64,000 bases of DNA from an uncultured Methanospirillum sp. (GTDB lineage: Archaea > Halobacteriota > Methanomicrobia > Methanomicrobiales > Methanospirillaceae): contig CAZWTX010000011.1 of the NCBI GenBank assembly GCA_964637135.1, forward strand, positions 4,297-68,296, read 5' to 3'. This document shows positions 9,289-17,751 of the stretch, in pieces (the stretch's first letter is position 1; each line of letters begins with the position of its first letter). The position numbers were made by a program, and so were the translations under genes. Under the pieces are notes generated by a model, which did not search any database, was not told the origin of the DNA, and was given only the letters and a program-made list of their open reading frames with translations.

Positions 9289-10974
9289 ACCGGTTTTCCG
9301 GGGACGACCACGTTTCCGCTTTTCTCCCGGAACAACGCCCGAGGAAACCGGAGGGTTAAAAGATTCAGGGACAACGATATCAGACACAACTGAAACGGAC
9401 TTTTTAGGACGACCACGTTTCCGCTTTTTTCCCGGAACACCACCGGGGGGAACCGGAGGTTCGGAAGACACAGGGACAACGATATCAGACACAACTGAAA
9501 CGGACTTTTTAGGACGACCACGTTTCCGCTTTTCTCCCGGAACAACGCCCGGGGAAACCGGAGGGTCGAAAGATTCAGGGACAACGACATCAGACACAAC
9601 TGAAACGGACTTTTTAGGACGACCACGTTTCCGCTTTTCTCCCGGAACAACGCCCGAGGGAACAGAGAGCGGAAGCAAAGAGTCTTTCCGGGGACGACCG
9701 CGTTTTTTCGGTCCTGGCCGGGGAGGTGATATAGGATCCGTATCTCCGAGAATAATAGAGGTATTGCCATTGTATCCCGGGGCCTCTTTTGCAATACGCT
9801 CTTTTGCCGCTTCACAATAGGTCTCAGAGATATCAATCCCCAGATACCGGCGTCCGAGACGGGATGCCACAAGTGCCGTTGTACCAACACCACTGAAGGG
9901 ATCGAGGATGATATCACCCTTAAAACTGAATAACTTCAGACACCGTTCTACCAGTTCCTCGGGGAACATTGCCGGATGGTTATACTGTTTCATCCGGCGT
10001 TCTGGTCCGATTGACCATTTTGCAACCACCCAGGACTTGAACTCCTCGTCAAGGATGTCGGCATCCTCGCCTCGCCCGTCTTTTTTCAAATCGCCTTTGC
10101 AGAAGACCTCGATAAACTCCCAGGTATATTTCAGATACGGGCTCGAAGGACTCTTCCAGCTTCCCCACGCGGTGTATTTACAGTTGTAATTATTCTTCTC
10201 CCAGATGATTTCCCCTTTCCAGATCATCTTCTCGTTCATGAAAAATGACGAGATAAGGTGATGAAGAGGGATGTAATCTGAGAAGAGGGGCTGGATATTG
10301 ACGATAAACCGCCCGCCATAGGTCAGTACCCGGATTCCTTCACGAAAGATCCGATACAGTTTATCGAGATATGCCGCCCAGTTGATCCCATCCTCGCTAG
10401 CCAGGTAATCAATGCCGAAATTATAGGGCGGGGACGTTATGATGAGGTCAATGCAGTTATCCGGAAGGGATGCCAGTATAGTTTCACTGTCCCCGGCAAT
10501 GATCTGGTTGGTACAGGTTTCAGGGATGGAATTTCTGGTCTTAGAAAATGAATGGTTTTCTGCGTAATAGTACGCACCTCTTGCCTTTTCCTTTTCTTTT
10601 CGTCCGCCCACTTTTCTCTCGTCGGCGTAGCCGGCGTACAACCGTTTTCCATTCCTGATCCCATAACTGCGGATTTTCAGGATCTCATCGTGTAACTGCA
10701 CGAGCGGGTGGAGCATGGCATCGCCGGTATCCTCCGGTCCCTCCAGCGAATCCTTCCCCAGTATCTCCCCGATCATTCCACGGATCTGCCCGGGATCAAG
10801 GTGGATCAGTTCAGCCTGAAGACCAGAAGGCTGGATACTGATCCGGAGCTCGTCTGGTGAGACCATGCCGGTGAGTGACTCTGCTGCACGAATCTCATCG
10901 CCGGAGAGCGGTCTTCCGAGATCAACACGGACCATTCGTGATGATGTCCCCGTCTTTTTTTTTCTTGCTGGCAT
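9274..10974 (-). CDS. Site-specific amino-DNA methyltransferase (beta class, N4-C/N6-A) with C-terminal AT-hook repeats
   Basis: Motif IV DLIITSPPY precedes HPAMFP and motif I ILDPFSGVGTT (beta order). Tail has five K/R-RGRP-K/R motifs. TATA-like TTTTATAAA about 30 nt upstream on the minus strand. Confidence 0.95.
   Translation of the reverse strand: MPARKKKTGTSSRMVRVDLGRPLSGDEIRAAESLTGMVSPDELRISIQPSGLQAELIHLDPGQIRGMIGEILGKDSLEGPEDTGDAMLHPLVQLHDEILKIRSYGIRNGKRLYAGYADERKVGGRKEKEKARGAYYYAENHSFSKTRNSIPETCTNQIIAGDSETILASLPDNCIDLIITSPPYNFGIDYLASEDGINWAAYLDKLYRIFREGIRVLTYGGRFIVNIQPLFSDYIPLHHLISSFFMNEKMIWKGEIIWEKNNYNCKYTAWGSWKSPSSPYLKYTWEFIEVFCKGDLKKDGRGEDADILDEEFKSWVVAKWSIGPERRMKQYNHPAMFPEELVERCLKLFSFKGDIILDPFSGVGTTALVASRLGRRYLGIDISETYCEAAKERIAKEAPGYNGNTSIILGDTDPISPPRPGPKKRGRPRKDSLLPLSVPSGVVPGEKRKRGRPKKSVSVVSDVVVPESFDPPVSPGVVPGEKRKRGRPKKSVSVVSDIVVPVSSEPPVPPGGVPGKKRKRGRPKKSVSVVSDIVVPESFNPPVSSGVVPGEKRKRGRPRKTGSHPS
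9301..9660 (-). repeat. 105-bp coding tandem repeat (about 3.4 copies, 35 aa each, one AT-hook per unit)
   Basis: GGACGACCACG recurs at 9302, 9407, 9512 and 9617 (period 105); a diverged GGACGACCGCG copy at 9692. Confidence 0.97.
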
Positions 10975-11257
10975 AACCCTTCCAGAATGAATTCAATGAA
11001 TGTTTATAAAAGTAAAAACTGATAACCATTCTCCTTTATAACCGCCTTTGACCACGGAACCGGGTAAGGTATTTCCATTACCGCGGATATCATCTCTCAT
11101 GAGCCGGGAGGACCACCCTCCCAAGAATGAATGGGCACCAATGCGGACAAGGAACATGAATGGCAGGAAAGCTGGCCGAAACAGGCGGACGGGAATACTT
11201 ACCGGAAAACCAAAACGACTACTCCGACCAGGATATCACCGCAGGCAGCCTTTGGAA

Positions 11258-13528
11258 ATGCAGGGAGGTGAAACGAACCCTTCGAGGAGATCAGAGGAGC
11301 GAACACCGGGGGGAGCAGACCGGGATACGAGGGTTCAGGTGAATTCCGGTGTATTCCCCGACCACGATTCAGGAGATATGCGACGGGATTACAGACCGGG
11401 TTCTCCGGAAGGATCGATTGAATCCCTGCTCATTCTTGTCCGTGACGTCGTGCGGTTCTCGAGGACACAGGTTCAGGAAGGAAAAGGGATCAAGCAGGTT
11501 ATCAGCAGAGCCGGTAACATCCTCGGGGTTGAATACTGTTCATTCTTCGATCTTCTGCCTAAAACCGGAAAAACCGTTGCAGATGAGGTATATCTCTGGT
11601 CAGCGAGGTACGGGTTTATTATCGGGGCAGATTGTGAAGACCCGGATGACGGAATTATCCGGATCAGGAACCGGCTGTCAGCAGGAGAAACAATATTCCT
11701 GTTCAGGAACCGGTCAGACGGCTTAATCAGGAAACTCTTCGAGAACAGGGAGGTTGATTCTGCTCTTATCATTCCAGTATTCTCCCAGGCACGGCTCGCA
11801 GGATCATTTGTCCTCTGGAGCCGGGATCCTTACCGGAGGTGGCGTTCTGAAGAACTGCACTGCCTCAGTATTCTCGCCGAATTCCTCGGAAAACTTCTCG
11901 AACATGGTAGTGTTGAAGAACGACTTCTTCTCAGCGAGGAAAAGTTCAGGACCATTGTCGATACGATCGGTGATTTTTATTTCCAGACCGATACAACCGG
12001 TGCAATTCGTGCTATGAGCCCGTCCATGGTACAGGCACTCGGTTACGATGCCCAGACGGATCTTCAGGGTGCCCTGTTTGAGTCATTGCTTGCCGATGGT
12101 GAGCAATGGGCAGTTTTTCTTTCTGATATCCTTCAGACAAACGGGGTTCGGGACTATGAACTCGAACTGGCAGGGAAGAGCGGAAAACCCATCTACGGCT
12201 CAGTCAGCTGCCGGATGGTATTTGACAGGGTCGGCCGGTTCCAGGGCCTGGAAGGGATTATCAGGGATATCACCCGGAGAAAACAATATGCCGAGTTACT
12301 GGAGGAAAACCAGTGGAAACTTGACCAGGCACAGAAAATTGCAAAACTCGGTGTCTGGTCATATTACCTGAACAACCGGTACCTGAAAGTCTCACCGGAA
12401 ATATTCTCTATCTTCAGCATTCACACTGGAGAGAACGTAATCGGGTTTGATAGGATCCAGGATATGACCGCTCCGCAATATCTGGAGCGACTGAAATCAT
12501 GCATCGAACAGAAAATTCCTGCAGGGGAGGAGTTTGAACTGGAATTTATGGTAACCTATGAGCGGGGTGCATTCAAATTCATCAGGATGAAAAGCCTCCC
12601 CATAATCCGGGATAATATTATAAAAGGCGCTTTTGGCATTTTCCAGGATGTAACCGAGCGTAAGCAGGTTGAGCAGCACCTCATCAGGTATGCCGAGGAA
12701 CTTGAACGTAAAAACCTGGAAATGGATGCCCTCCGGACCCAGCTGCTTGATATGAACAGGGAACTGGAGGATCGTGTAAAGAGACGGGCTCTGCAGGTAG
12801 AGGAACTGCTCAGGCAGAAAGATGAGTTTATCATGCAGATCGGCCACGATCTCAAGACGCCCCTCACCCCGCTCGTTGCCATCCTTCCGTTTATCAGAAA
12901 ACGGATAGACGATCCTGAGATCGGGGAACTCCTGGACATGACAATAAAAGATGTCACGTCGATAAAGCACCTTATCACGTCAGTCCTTGAACTGGCACGA
13001 ATGAACACCCTGTACACAGTCTCTGATGCACAGGTCATCAGGGTTGCCGATGTCATCAACGAAGTGATCACTGATTACTCCTACCTTATTCTCCAGAAAA
13101 GCCTGACGGTGAACAACAGTGTGCCCAGGGATCTGACCACGCTCATGTCACCCATGCATTTTGAGACACTCATCGGCAATATCATCGGAAACGCAGTGAA
13201 ATACTCATATCTTGAAGGAACCATAACCATATCCGGAGAAGGATATGATGATTATATCCTGCTCCAGGTCAGGGATACCGGTATCGGCATGAACAAGGAT
13301 GATATCAGGTTCATTTTTGACGGATTTTATCGTGCAGACTCATCACGCCATGAACGTGACTCGCACGGACTCGGACTGACCATTGCAAAACGCGTGATCG
13401 AACTCTACGGGGGCCAGATCTGGGCAGCCAGTGAAGGAGAAGGGAAAGGAACGGTCTTCCAGGTAAAACTGAAGAAAAGACCGAGGAATATCACTACCGG
13501 CAGTGAAGATCCAGACACAAACCGGTGA
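11258..13528 (+). CDS. Cytoplasmic sensor histidine kinase (GAF-like, PAS, PAS, HisKA, HATPase)
   Basis: HDLKTPLTP H-box, IIGNAVKY N-box, DTGIG, GLGL; PAS C-termini DITRRK and DVTERK. Start uncertain (TTG 11048 or a later ATG such as 11258). Confidence 0.92.
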   Translation: MQGGETNPSRRSEERTPGGADRDTRVQVNSGVFPDHDSGDMRRDYRPGSPEGSIESLLILVRDVVRFSRTQVQEGKGIKQVISRAGNILGVEYCSFFDLLPKTGKTVADEVYLWSARYGFIIGADCEDPDDGIIRIRNRLSAGETIFLFRNRSDGLIRKLFENREVDSALIIPVFSQARLAGSFVLWSRDPYRRWRSEELHCLSILAEFLGKLLEHGSVEERLLLSEEKFRTIVDTIGDFYFQTDTTGAIRAMSPSMVQALGYDAQTDLQGALFESLLADGEQWAVFLSDILQTNGVRDYELELAGKSGKPIYGSVSCRMVFDRVGRFQGLEGIIRDITRRKQYAELLEENQWKLDQAQKIAKLGVWSYYLNNRYLKVSPEIFSIFSIHTGENVIGFDRIQDMTAPQYLERLKSCIEQKIPAGEEFELEFMVTYERGAFKFIRMKSLPIIRDNIIKGAFGIFQDVTERKQVEQHLIRYAEELERKNLEMDALRTQLLDMNRELEDRVKRRALQVEELLRQKDEFIMQIGHDLKTPLTPLVAILPFIRKRIDDPEIGELLDMTIKDVTSIKHLITSVLELARMNTLYTVSDAQVIRVADVINEVITDYSYLILQKSLTVNNSVPRDLTTLMSPMHFETLIGNIIGNAVKYSYLEGTITISGEGYDDYILLQVRDTGIGMNKDDIRFIFDGFYRADSSRHERDSHGLGLTIAKRVIELYGGQIWAASEGEGKGTVFQVKLKKRPRNITTGSEDPDTNR

Positions 13529-13561
13529 AGTGGTATTGGAGAACGGCACAAAGGAGTACAG

Positions 13562-13945
13562 ATGATGAATGAAAAGGGTTGCATTCTGATCGTTGATGAT
13601 GATCCCCATATCAGACAGACGGTCAAAACCATCCTCTCTGCTGAGGGTTTTGATGTCAGCATGGCAGAGAGCGGTGAAGAATGCCTCAATCTGTTGAAAG
13701 AAGGATTCTCCGGGGTGATCCTTCTCGATATCATGATGCCGGTGATGGACGGATGGGATACGATCAAGGCTATCATCTCCGAAGACCTCTTCAATGGAGT
13801 TGTGATCGCCATGCTGACCGCGAGGAGTGCCCCTGATGAAAAGATGGTCGGTCTCCAGGAATATGTGATTGATTATATCACGAAACCGTTCGACATCGAT
13901 GACCTCATCCGCAAGACAGAATATTTTCTCAGGTTTGTCCCGTAA
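13562..13945 (+). CDS. Single-domain response regulator (receiver only)
   Basis: ILIVDDD, LLDIMMPVMDG, MLTA, YITKPF. Confidence 0.95.
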   Translation: MMNEKGCILIVDDDPHIRQTVKTILSAEGFDVSMAESGEECLNLLKEGFSGVILLDIMMPVMDGWDTIKAIISEDLFNGVVIAMLTARSAPDEKMVGLQEYVIDYITKPFDIDDLIRKTEYFLRFVP

Positions 13946-13966
13946 CAACCATTCGGTCAGCCAGAT

Positions 13967-14521
13967 ATGAAGATTATAATCATCGGTTCCTCAACCGGCG
14001 GCCCGTTCATTCTCGACGAGATATTTTCCCGTTTTCCGTCAGTCAACGCCTGTATCCTCATCATCCAGCATCTTCCGACAGCATTCACGGAATCGTTCAG
14101 GAAAAACCTCCAGTCGATCACCTCCATGAAGGTGATTATCGGCGAAGAAGGACAGGTGATTGCACCGGGGACGATCATCATCGCCCCGGGAGACCGGCAT
14201 CTCATCTTACAAAAAAACCGTACCATCCATCTCGATGATGCTCCAAAAATCCACGGGGTCAGGCCTGCTGCTGACAGTACCATGTGTTCACTGGTCTCAC
14301 GAATCGAAGACCGGATCCTCGGAATTATTCTTACCGGGATGGGACAGGATGGTACGACCGGGCTCAGGCATATCAAATCAACCGGCGGGGTGACATGGGC
14401 ACAGGATCCGGAAACCGCTCCGATCAAAAGTATGCCCATGTCAGCAATAGAAGCAGGCGTGGCAGACAAAGTCTATTCCCCGGTTGAGATCAGGACGCAA
14501 CTGGTTGCATTCTGCAGTTGA
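13967..14521 (+). CDS. cheB: Stand-alone CheB-type methylesterase domain (no receiver)
   Basis: Catalytic Ser-His-Asp contexts GSSTGGP, IQHLP and LTGMGQDG; only 184 aa. Confidence 0.92.
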   Translation: MKIIIIGSSTGGPFILDEIFSRFPSVNACILIIQHLPTAFTESFRKNLQSITSMKVIIGEEGQVIAPGTIIIAPGDRHLILQKNRTIHLDDAPKIHGVRPAADSTMCSLVSRIEDRILGIILTGMGQDGTTGLRHIKSTGGVTWAQDPETAPIKSMPMSAIEAGVADKVYSPVEIRTQLVAFCS

Positions 14522-14671
14522 TATCCCGGGCGGCTGCACCCGCCGGATTGCCGGATTCATGATTTTCCATCCCGTCTGCAGACATCTCGCAAGCCCCGGT
14601 TGAGGAATCACCCGGAATCGCTCCTGTGCACCTCTTTTTTCCTGTCATCGGCAAGACGATCCGGCAGCCGG

Positions 14672-15520
14672 TTATGCCCGGGGAATATGCATCTGAAGAA
14701 TCTGAAAGGGATCATACCAGCAGAACACCGGGATGAGAATAATTACACCAAGACAGAACCCGAGAAAGATCAGGTCATAGACCACCAGGGGTTTTTTCCG
14801 GATACTGATGTAACTGTCCCGGCCATATCCCCGGCAGAGCATGCTGGTATACGTCCGTTCACCCTGCTCGAGCGACCTGATAAAGAGGGACCCCATCGTG
14901 TATCCCATGTTCACGATCCGGTACCGGTACGGTAATGCCCGGTCAAAGGGATCAAAAAGGCGGGTACTGAGGGCATCAGTCACCTTTCTGAATACGGCAC
15001 CGAACACGTACAGGTAACGGATCATCATCCCGAGTGCCAGTATCAGTTCAGGCGGCACTTTCAGCCTTCCGGCTCCTTCAAGAAGATCCTGAAGAGTTGT
15101 CGTTGACGAGAGGAGGACGATGAACGAAAAGCAGACCAGGAATTTTACCAGCAGGATTGAAGCAAACTGAACTGATTCGGCATACACCGCTATACCGAAC
15201 GGCAGATCGACAAGCGTATGATACTCCGTGTAATACCGGTTTTTAAAAAAAATCTGGAACCCACACAACATGAACCCGAACGGGAGGGCAAGAATCAACC
15301 TGCGGAGGTACACCACCGGGGATATGCGGGAGAGAATCCAGAGAGAGAGGAATAAAACAAAGAACAGGAGCCCGGCCGCATAGACTACCGGGGAATAGGG
15401 AACTGCAACAACAGATACGATCGCAGCACAACAGACGATCAGTTTCACTCGTGCATCGAGGGAATGAATGACACTCTTTTGGGAGGAGACCTCTTCCAGG
15501 TCAAAGAGTTCTTCTATCAT
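14672..15520 (-). CDS. cbiQ: ECF transporter T component (CbiQ/NikQ)
   Basis: HSLDARVKL, MMIRYL and SMLCRGY motifs; operon context. Confidence 0.93.
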   Translation of the reverse strand: MIEELFDLEEVSSQKSVIHSLDARVKLIVCCAAIVSVVAVPYSPVVYAAGLLFFVLFLSLWILSRISPVVYLRRLILALPFGFMLCGFQIFFKNRYYTEYHTLVDLPFGIAVYAESVQFASILLVKFLVCFSFIVLLSSTTTLQDLLEGAGRLKVPPELILALGMMIRYLYVFGAVFRKVTDALSTRLFDPFDRALPYRYRIVNMGYTMGSLFIRSLEQGERTYTSMLCRGYGRDSYISIRKKPLVVYDLIFLGFCLGVIILIPVFCWYDPFQILQMHIPRA

Positions 15521-16350
15521 GAGCGCTTCTCAAAGGCTTTCAGGAATGCCTGCTCGGCCTCCTCGTACGTGTATGCCATATCAATGCTGACCCCGCGCTT
15601 CTGGAGCGAATGGATAAGTTTTGGGAGAACCGGGATATCGAGCCGTATCCCGGTGAGAAGATCAGGCCGGGAGAAGATATCTGAAACACTCCCTTCTGCA
15701 ACAGACTCCCCTCGGTTCATGACATAAATGTAGTCAGCCAGTTCAGCGGTGAGTGAAAGACTGTGCGTTGAAAAAATAACCGTCATCCCGTAGGTATCCG
15801 AAACGGTCCGGATAAACCTGACAATATCCTGGATGCCCTGGGGATCGAGGCCGGCGGTCGGTTCGTCAAGAACAAGTACCTGCGGTTCCATTGCAATAAC
15901 CCCGGCAATGGCAACACGTTTTTTTTCACCGCCGGAGAGGTGATGCGGGACACGGGTCAGATAATCTGAAAGGCCCACTATCCGCAATGCCTCGGTGACC
16001 CTGTGGCGCACAGTCTCTTCAGGAAGCCCAAGGTTGGTCGGACCGAACGCGACATCCTGTTCAACAGTTGGAGCGAATATCTGGTCATCGGGGTTTTGAA
16101 AGACCAGGCCCACGGTTTTGCGGACTTCCCTGATATTCTGTTTCGTCACCGGCTCTCCGCGTACCAGGACCTCCCCGCTTGTCGGTTTCAGCACTCCGTT
16201 AAAATGCTTGAAAAGAGTACTCTTTCCAGCCCCGTTCGGGCCGATAATTGCAATACGGGTGTTTCGTGGAGCGACAAACGAGATGTTTTTGAGAGCGGCG
16301 ATACCTCCCCTGTAGGTATGGCAAAGATCCCGGGTTTCTATGATATGCAT
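15517..16350 (-). CDS. cbiO: ECF transporter ATPase (CbiO/NikO)
   Basis: GPNGAGKST, FQNPDDQ, LSGGEKKR, DEPTAGLDP. Confidence 0.95.
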   Translation of the reverse strand: MHIIETRDLCHTYRGGIAALKNISFVAPRNTRIAIIGPNGAGKSTLFKHFNGVLKPTSGEVLVRGEPVTKQNIREVRKTVGLVFQNPDDQIFAPTVEQDVAFGPTNLGLPEETVRHRVTEALRIVGLSDYLTRVPHHLSGGEKKRVAIAGVIAMEPQVLVLDEPTAGLDPQGIQDIVRFIRTVSDTYGMTVIFSTHSLSLTAELADYIYVMNRGESVAEGSVSDIFSRPDLLTGIRLDIPVLPKLIHSLQKRGVSIDMAYTYEEAEQAFLKAFEKRS

Positions 16351-16496
16351 TCAGTATTCTCCAGGTCCGCAAAACCAGTATCAAAAATCCGGATATTGTA
16401 ATAACTCAATACTCATTCTTGCATGAGAGTATGATAAGAATATTACGAATCATCCACGACAGAAAAAAAAGGAATGAAAAAAGAAATATATGGTAC

Positions 16497-16844
16497 TCAC
16501 GACTTCGATCCGGTCTTTCCTGTCCGGACGAGGTACAAAGCGCCGACAACTACGATCAGCGTGATGATGATTCCGGCAATAATTGCTACAATCCCGCCGG
16601 ATGAACCCATACTCTCACCAAGCGAGTAATCGGGCATCGGGGATTCATATGCAAAGGAACCGGTCCCGATAACTTCAGGATCGCCCTCTTCAGGAGCTGA
16701 CCCGGTGAGGTCTTTCTGACCGGATACAACAAGCGCCGTGCTTTCGAGTCCGTCCGGATCGCCAGATGCGAGGAAGACGGCAACAACACCAATGAGGATG
16801 GCAATAATGACACCGGCAATAATGAAGGTCTTATTGTCAATCAT
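16497..16844 (-). CDS. PDGLE-domain membrane protein (NikN-like)
   Basis: ASGDPDGLE motif between two TM helices; overlaps the M-component stop. Confidence 0.9.
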   Translation of the reverse strand: MIDNKTFIIAGVIIAILIGVVAVFLASGDPDGLESTALVVSGQKDLTGSAPEEGDPEVIGTGSFAYESPMPDYSLGESMGSSGGIVAIIAGIIITLIVVVGALYLVRTGKTGSKS

Positions 16845-17479
16845 GCAGCAACTCCGGTTTTTGTATCAACAAGGTCAGGGCGTGCCATGGCAAGCACATA
16901 GATGACCACGGCCGTCACGATTCCTTCGATAACACCGATGATGGCATGGTATATACCCATGGCAACCAGTCCGGGACCGAGCGGGAACGTCCCTGCAACA
17001 GCCATCTCAACCGCACAGGCGAGAGCCGGGATGAGACAGGCCAGCCATGCGGCAACCGCTGCCGACAGGTAGGTGTTTTTCACGGTTTTCAACAGTCCGT
17101 GATACGAATAATACCCGACAAAGCCGCCGATAACACCCATGTTCAGGATGTTTGCTCCCATTGTCGTGATCCCACCGTCTCCAAAGATGAAGCCCTGCAC
17201 GATCAGCACGAGGGTCAGGATAAATACCGCGGCAAACGGAGATCCGAGAACGATGGCAGCGAGGGCCCCTCCGACAAGGTGACCGCTCGTGCCCATCGAA
17301 ACGGGCAGGTTGAAACTCTGCAGGGCAAAGATCCCGGCTGCCAGAACGGCGATCAGGGGGATCTTATCCTCGTTCATTTCAGAACGGGCCCATTTTACTG
17401 CCAGTGCGAGAAATACAAGCGCAATAATCCAGTATATTGCTGCCTGAGGAAGGGGTATGAACGCATCAGGAATATGCAT
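16841..17479 (-). CDS. cbiM: ECF S component CbiM/NikM (MHIPD N-terminus suggests nickel)
   Basis: Start MHIPDAF at 17479; GTSGHLVGG, FGDGGITTMGAN. Confidence 0.93.
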   Translation of the reverse strand: MHIPDAFIPLPQAAIYWIIALVFLALAVKWARSEMNEDKIPLIAVLAAGIFALQSFNLPVSMGTSGHLVGGALAAIVLGSPFAAVFILTLVLIVQGFIFGDGGITTMGANILNMGVIGGFVGYYSYHGLLKTVKNTYLSAAVAAWLACLIPALACAVEMAVAGTFPLGPGLVAMGIYHAIIGVIEGIVTAVVIYVLAMARPDLVDTKTGVAA

Positions 17480-17496
17480 GGTACTACCATCATACC

Positions 17497-17524
17497 ATAT
17501 GTGCAAATCTCATTTAGGTGTTAC
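17497..17524. promoter_or_regulatory. Possible NikR-type operator
   Basis: ATATGT-N16-TGTTAC; each half matches the E. coli NikR GTATGA-N16-TCATAC consensus at 4/6 with exact spacing; 18-45 nt upstream of the cbiM/nikM start. Confidence 0.35.
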
Positions 17525-17597
17525 GAGATGTCATCGGAATGAAAAAAGGATGTATCCTTCACAAAAAACCTGCTTTTTTTCGTAGACAGTAGGAAAT

Positions 17598-17735
17598 GGA
17601 GCCGGTTATCTCTTCCAGCAACCTCACCAGGCCAGACAACCATGACAGAGGCCCGGAGATGGATATGGATGCCTGACATCCGGGCTTCGCAGCCTTGATC
17701 CCGGATCTGGCCGAATACCATATTAGTCCGGCTCC
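17598..17735 (-). ncRNA. Candidate structured RNA or leader element (unassigned)
   Basis: Nested complementary pairs GGAGCCGG/CCGGCTCC, GGCCAGA/TCTGGCC and GCCCGGA/TCCGGGC; GGCU-GCGA-AGCC GNRA hairpin on the minus strand. Strand is a guess. Confidence 0.35.
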
Positions 17736-17751
17736 TAGGCATCAGGCTGCG

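Noticed and set aside
8982-9917. 311-aa minus-strand and 192-aa plus-strand ORFs across the AT-hook repeat
   Set aside because: Alternative frames of the same 105-bp repeat; only the MTase frame gives a recognisable motif.
17598-17735. tRNA, cobalamin riboswitch or twister ribozyme interpretation of the structured element
   Set aside because: Acceptor-like stem exists but no T-loop or U8; no B12-box; AAGCCCGG resembles twister P4 but the other conserved elements are absent.
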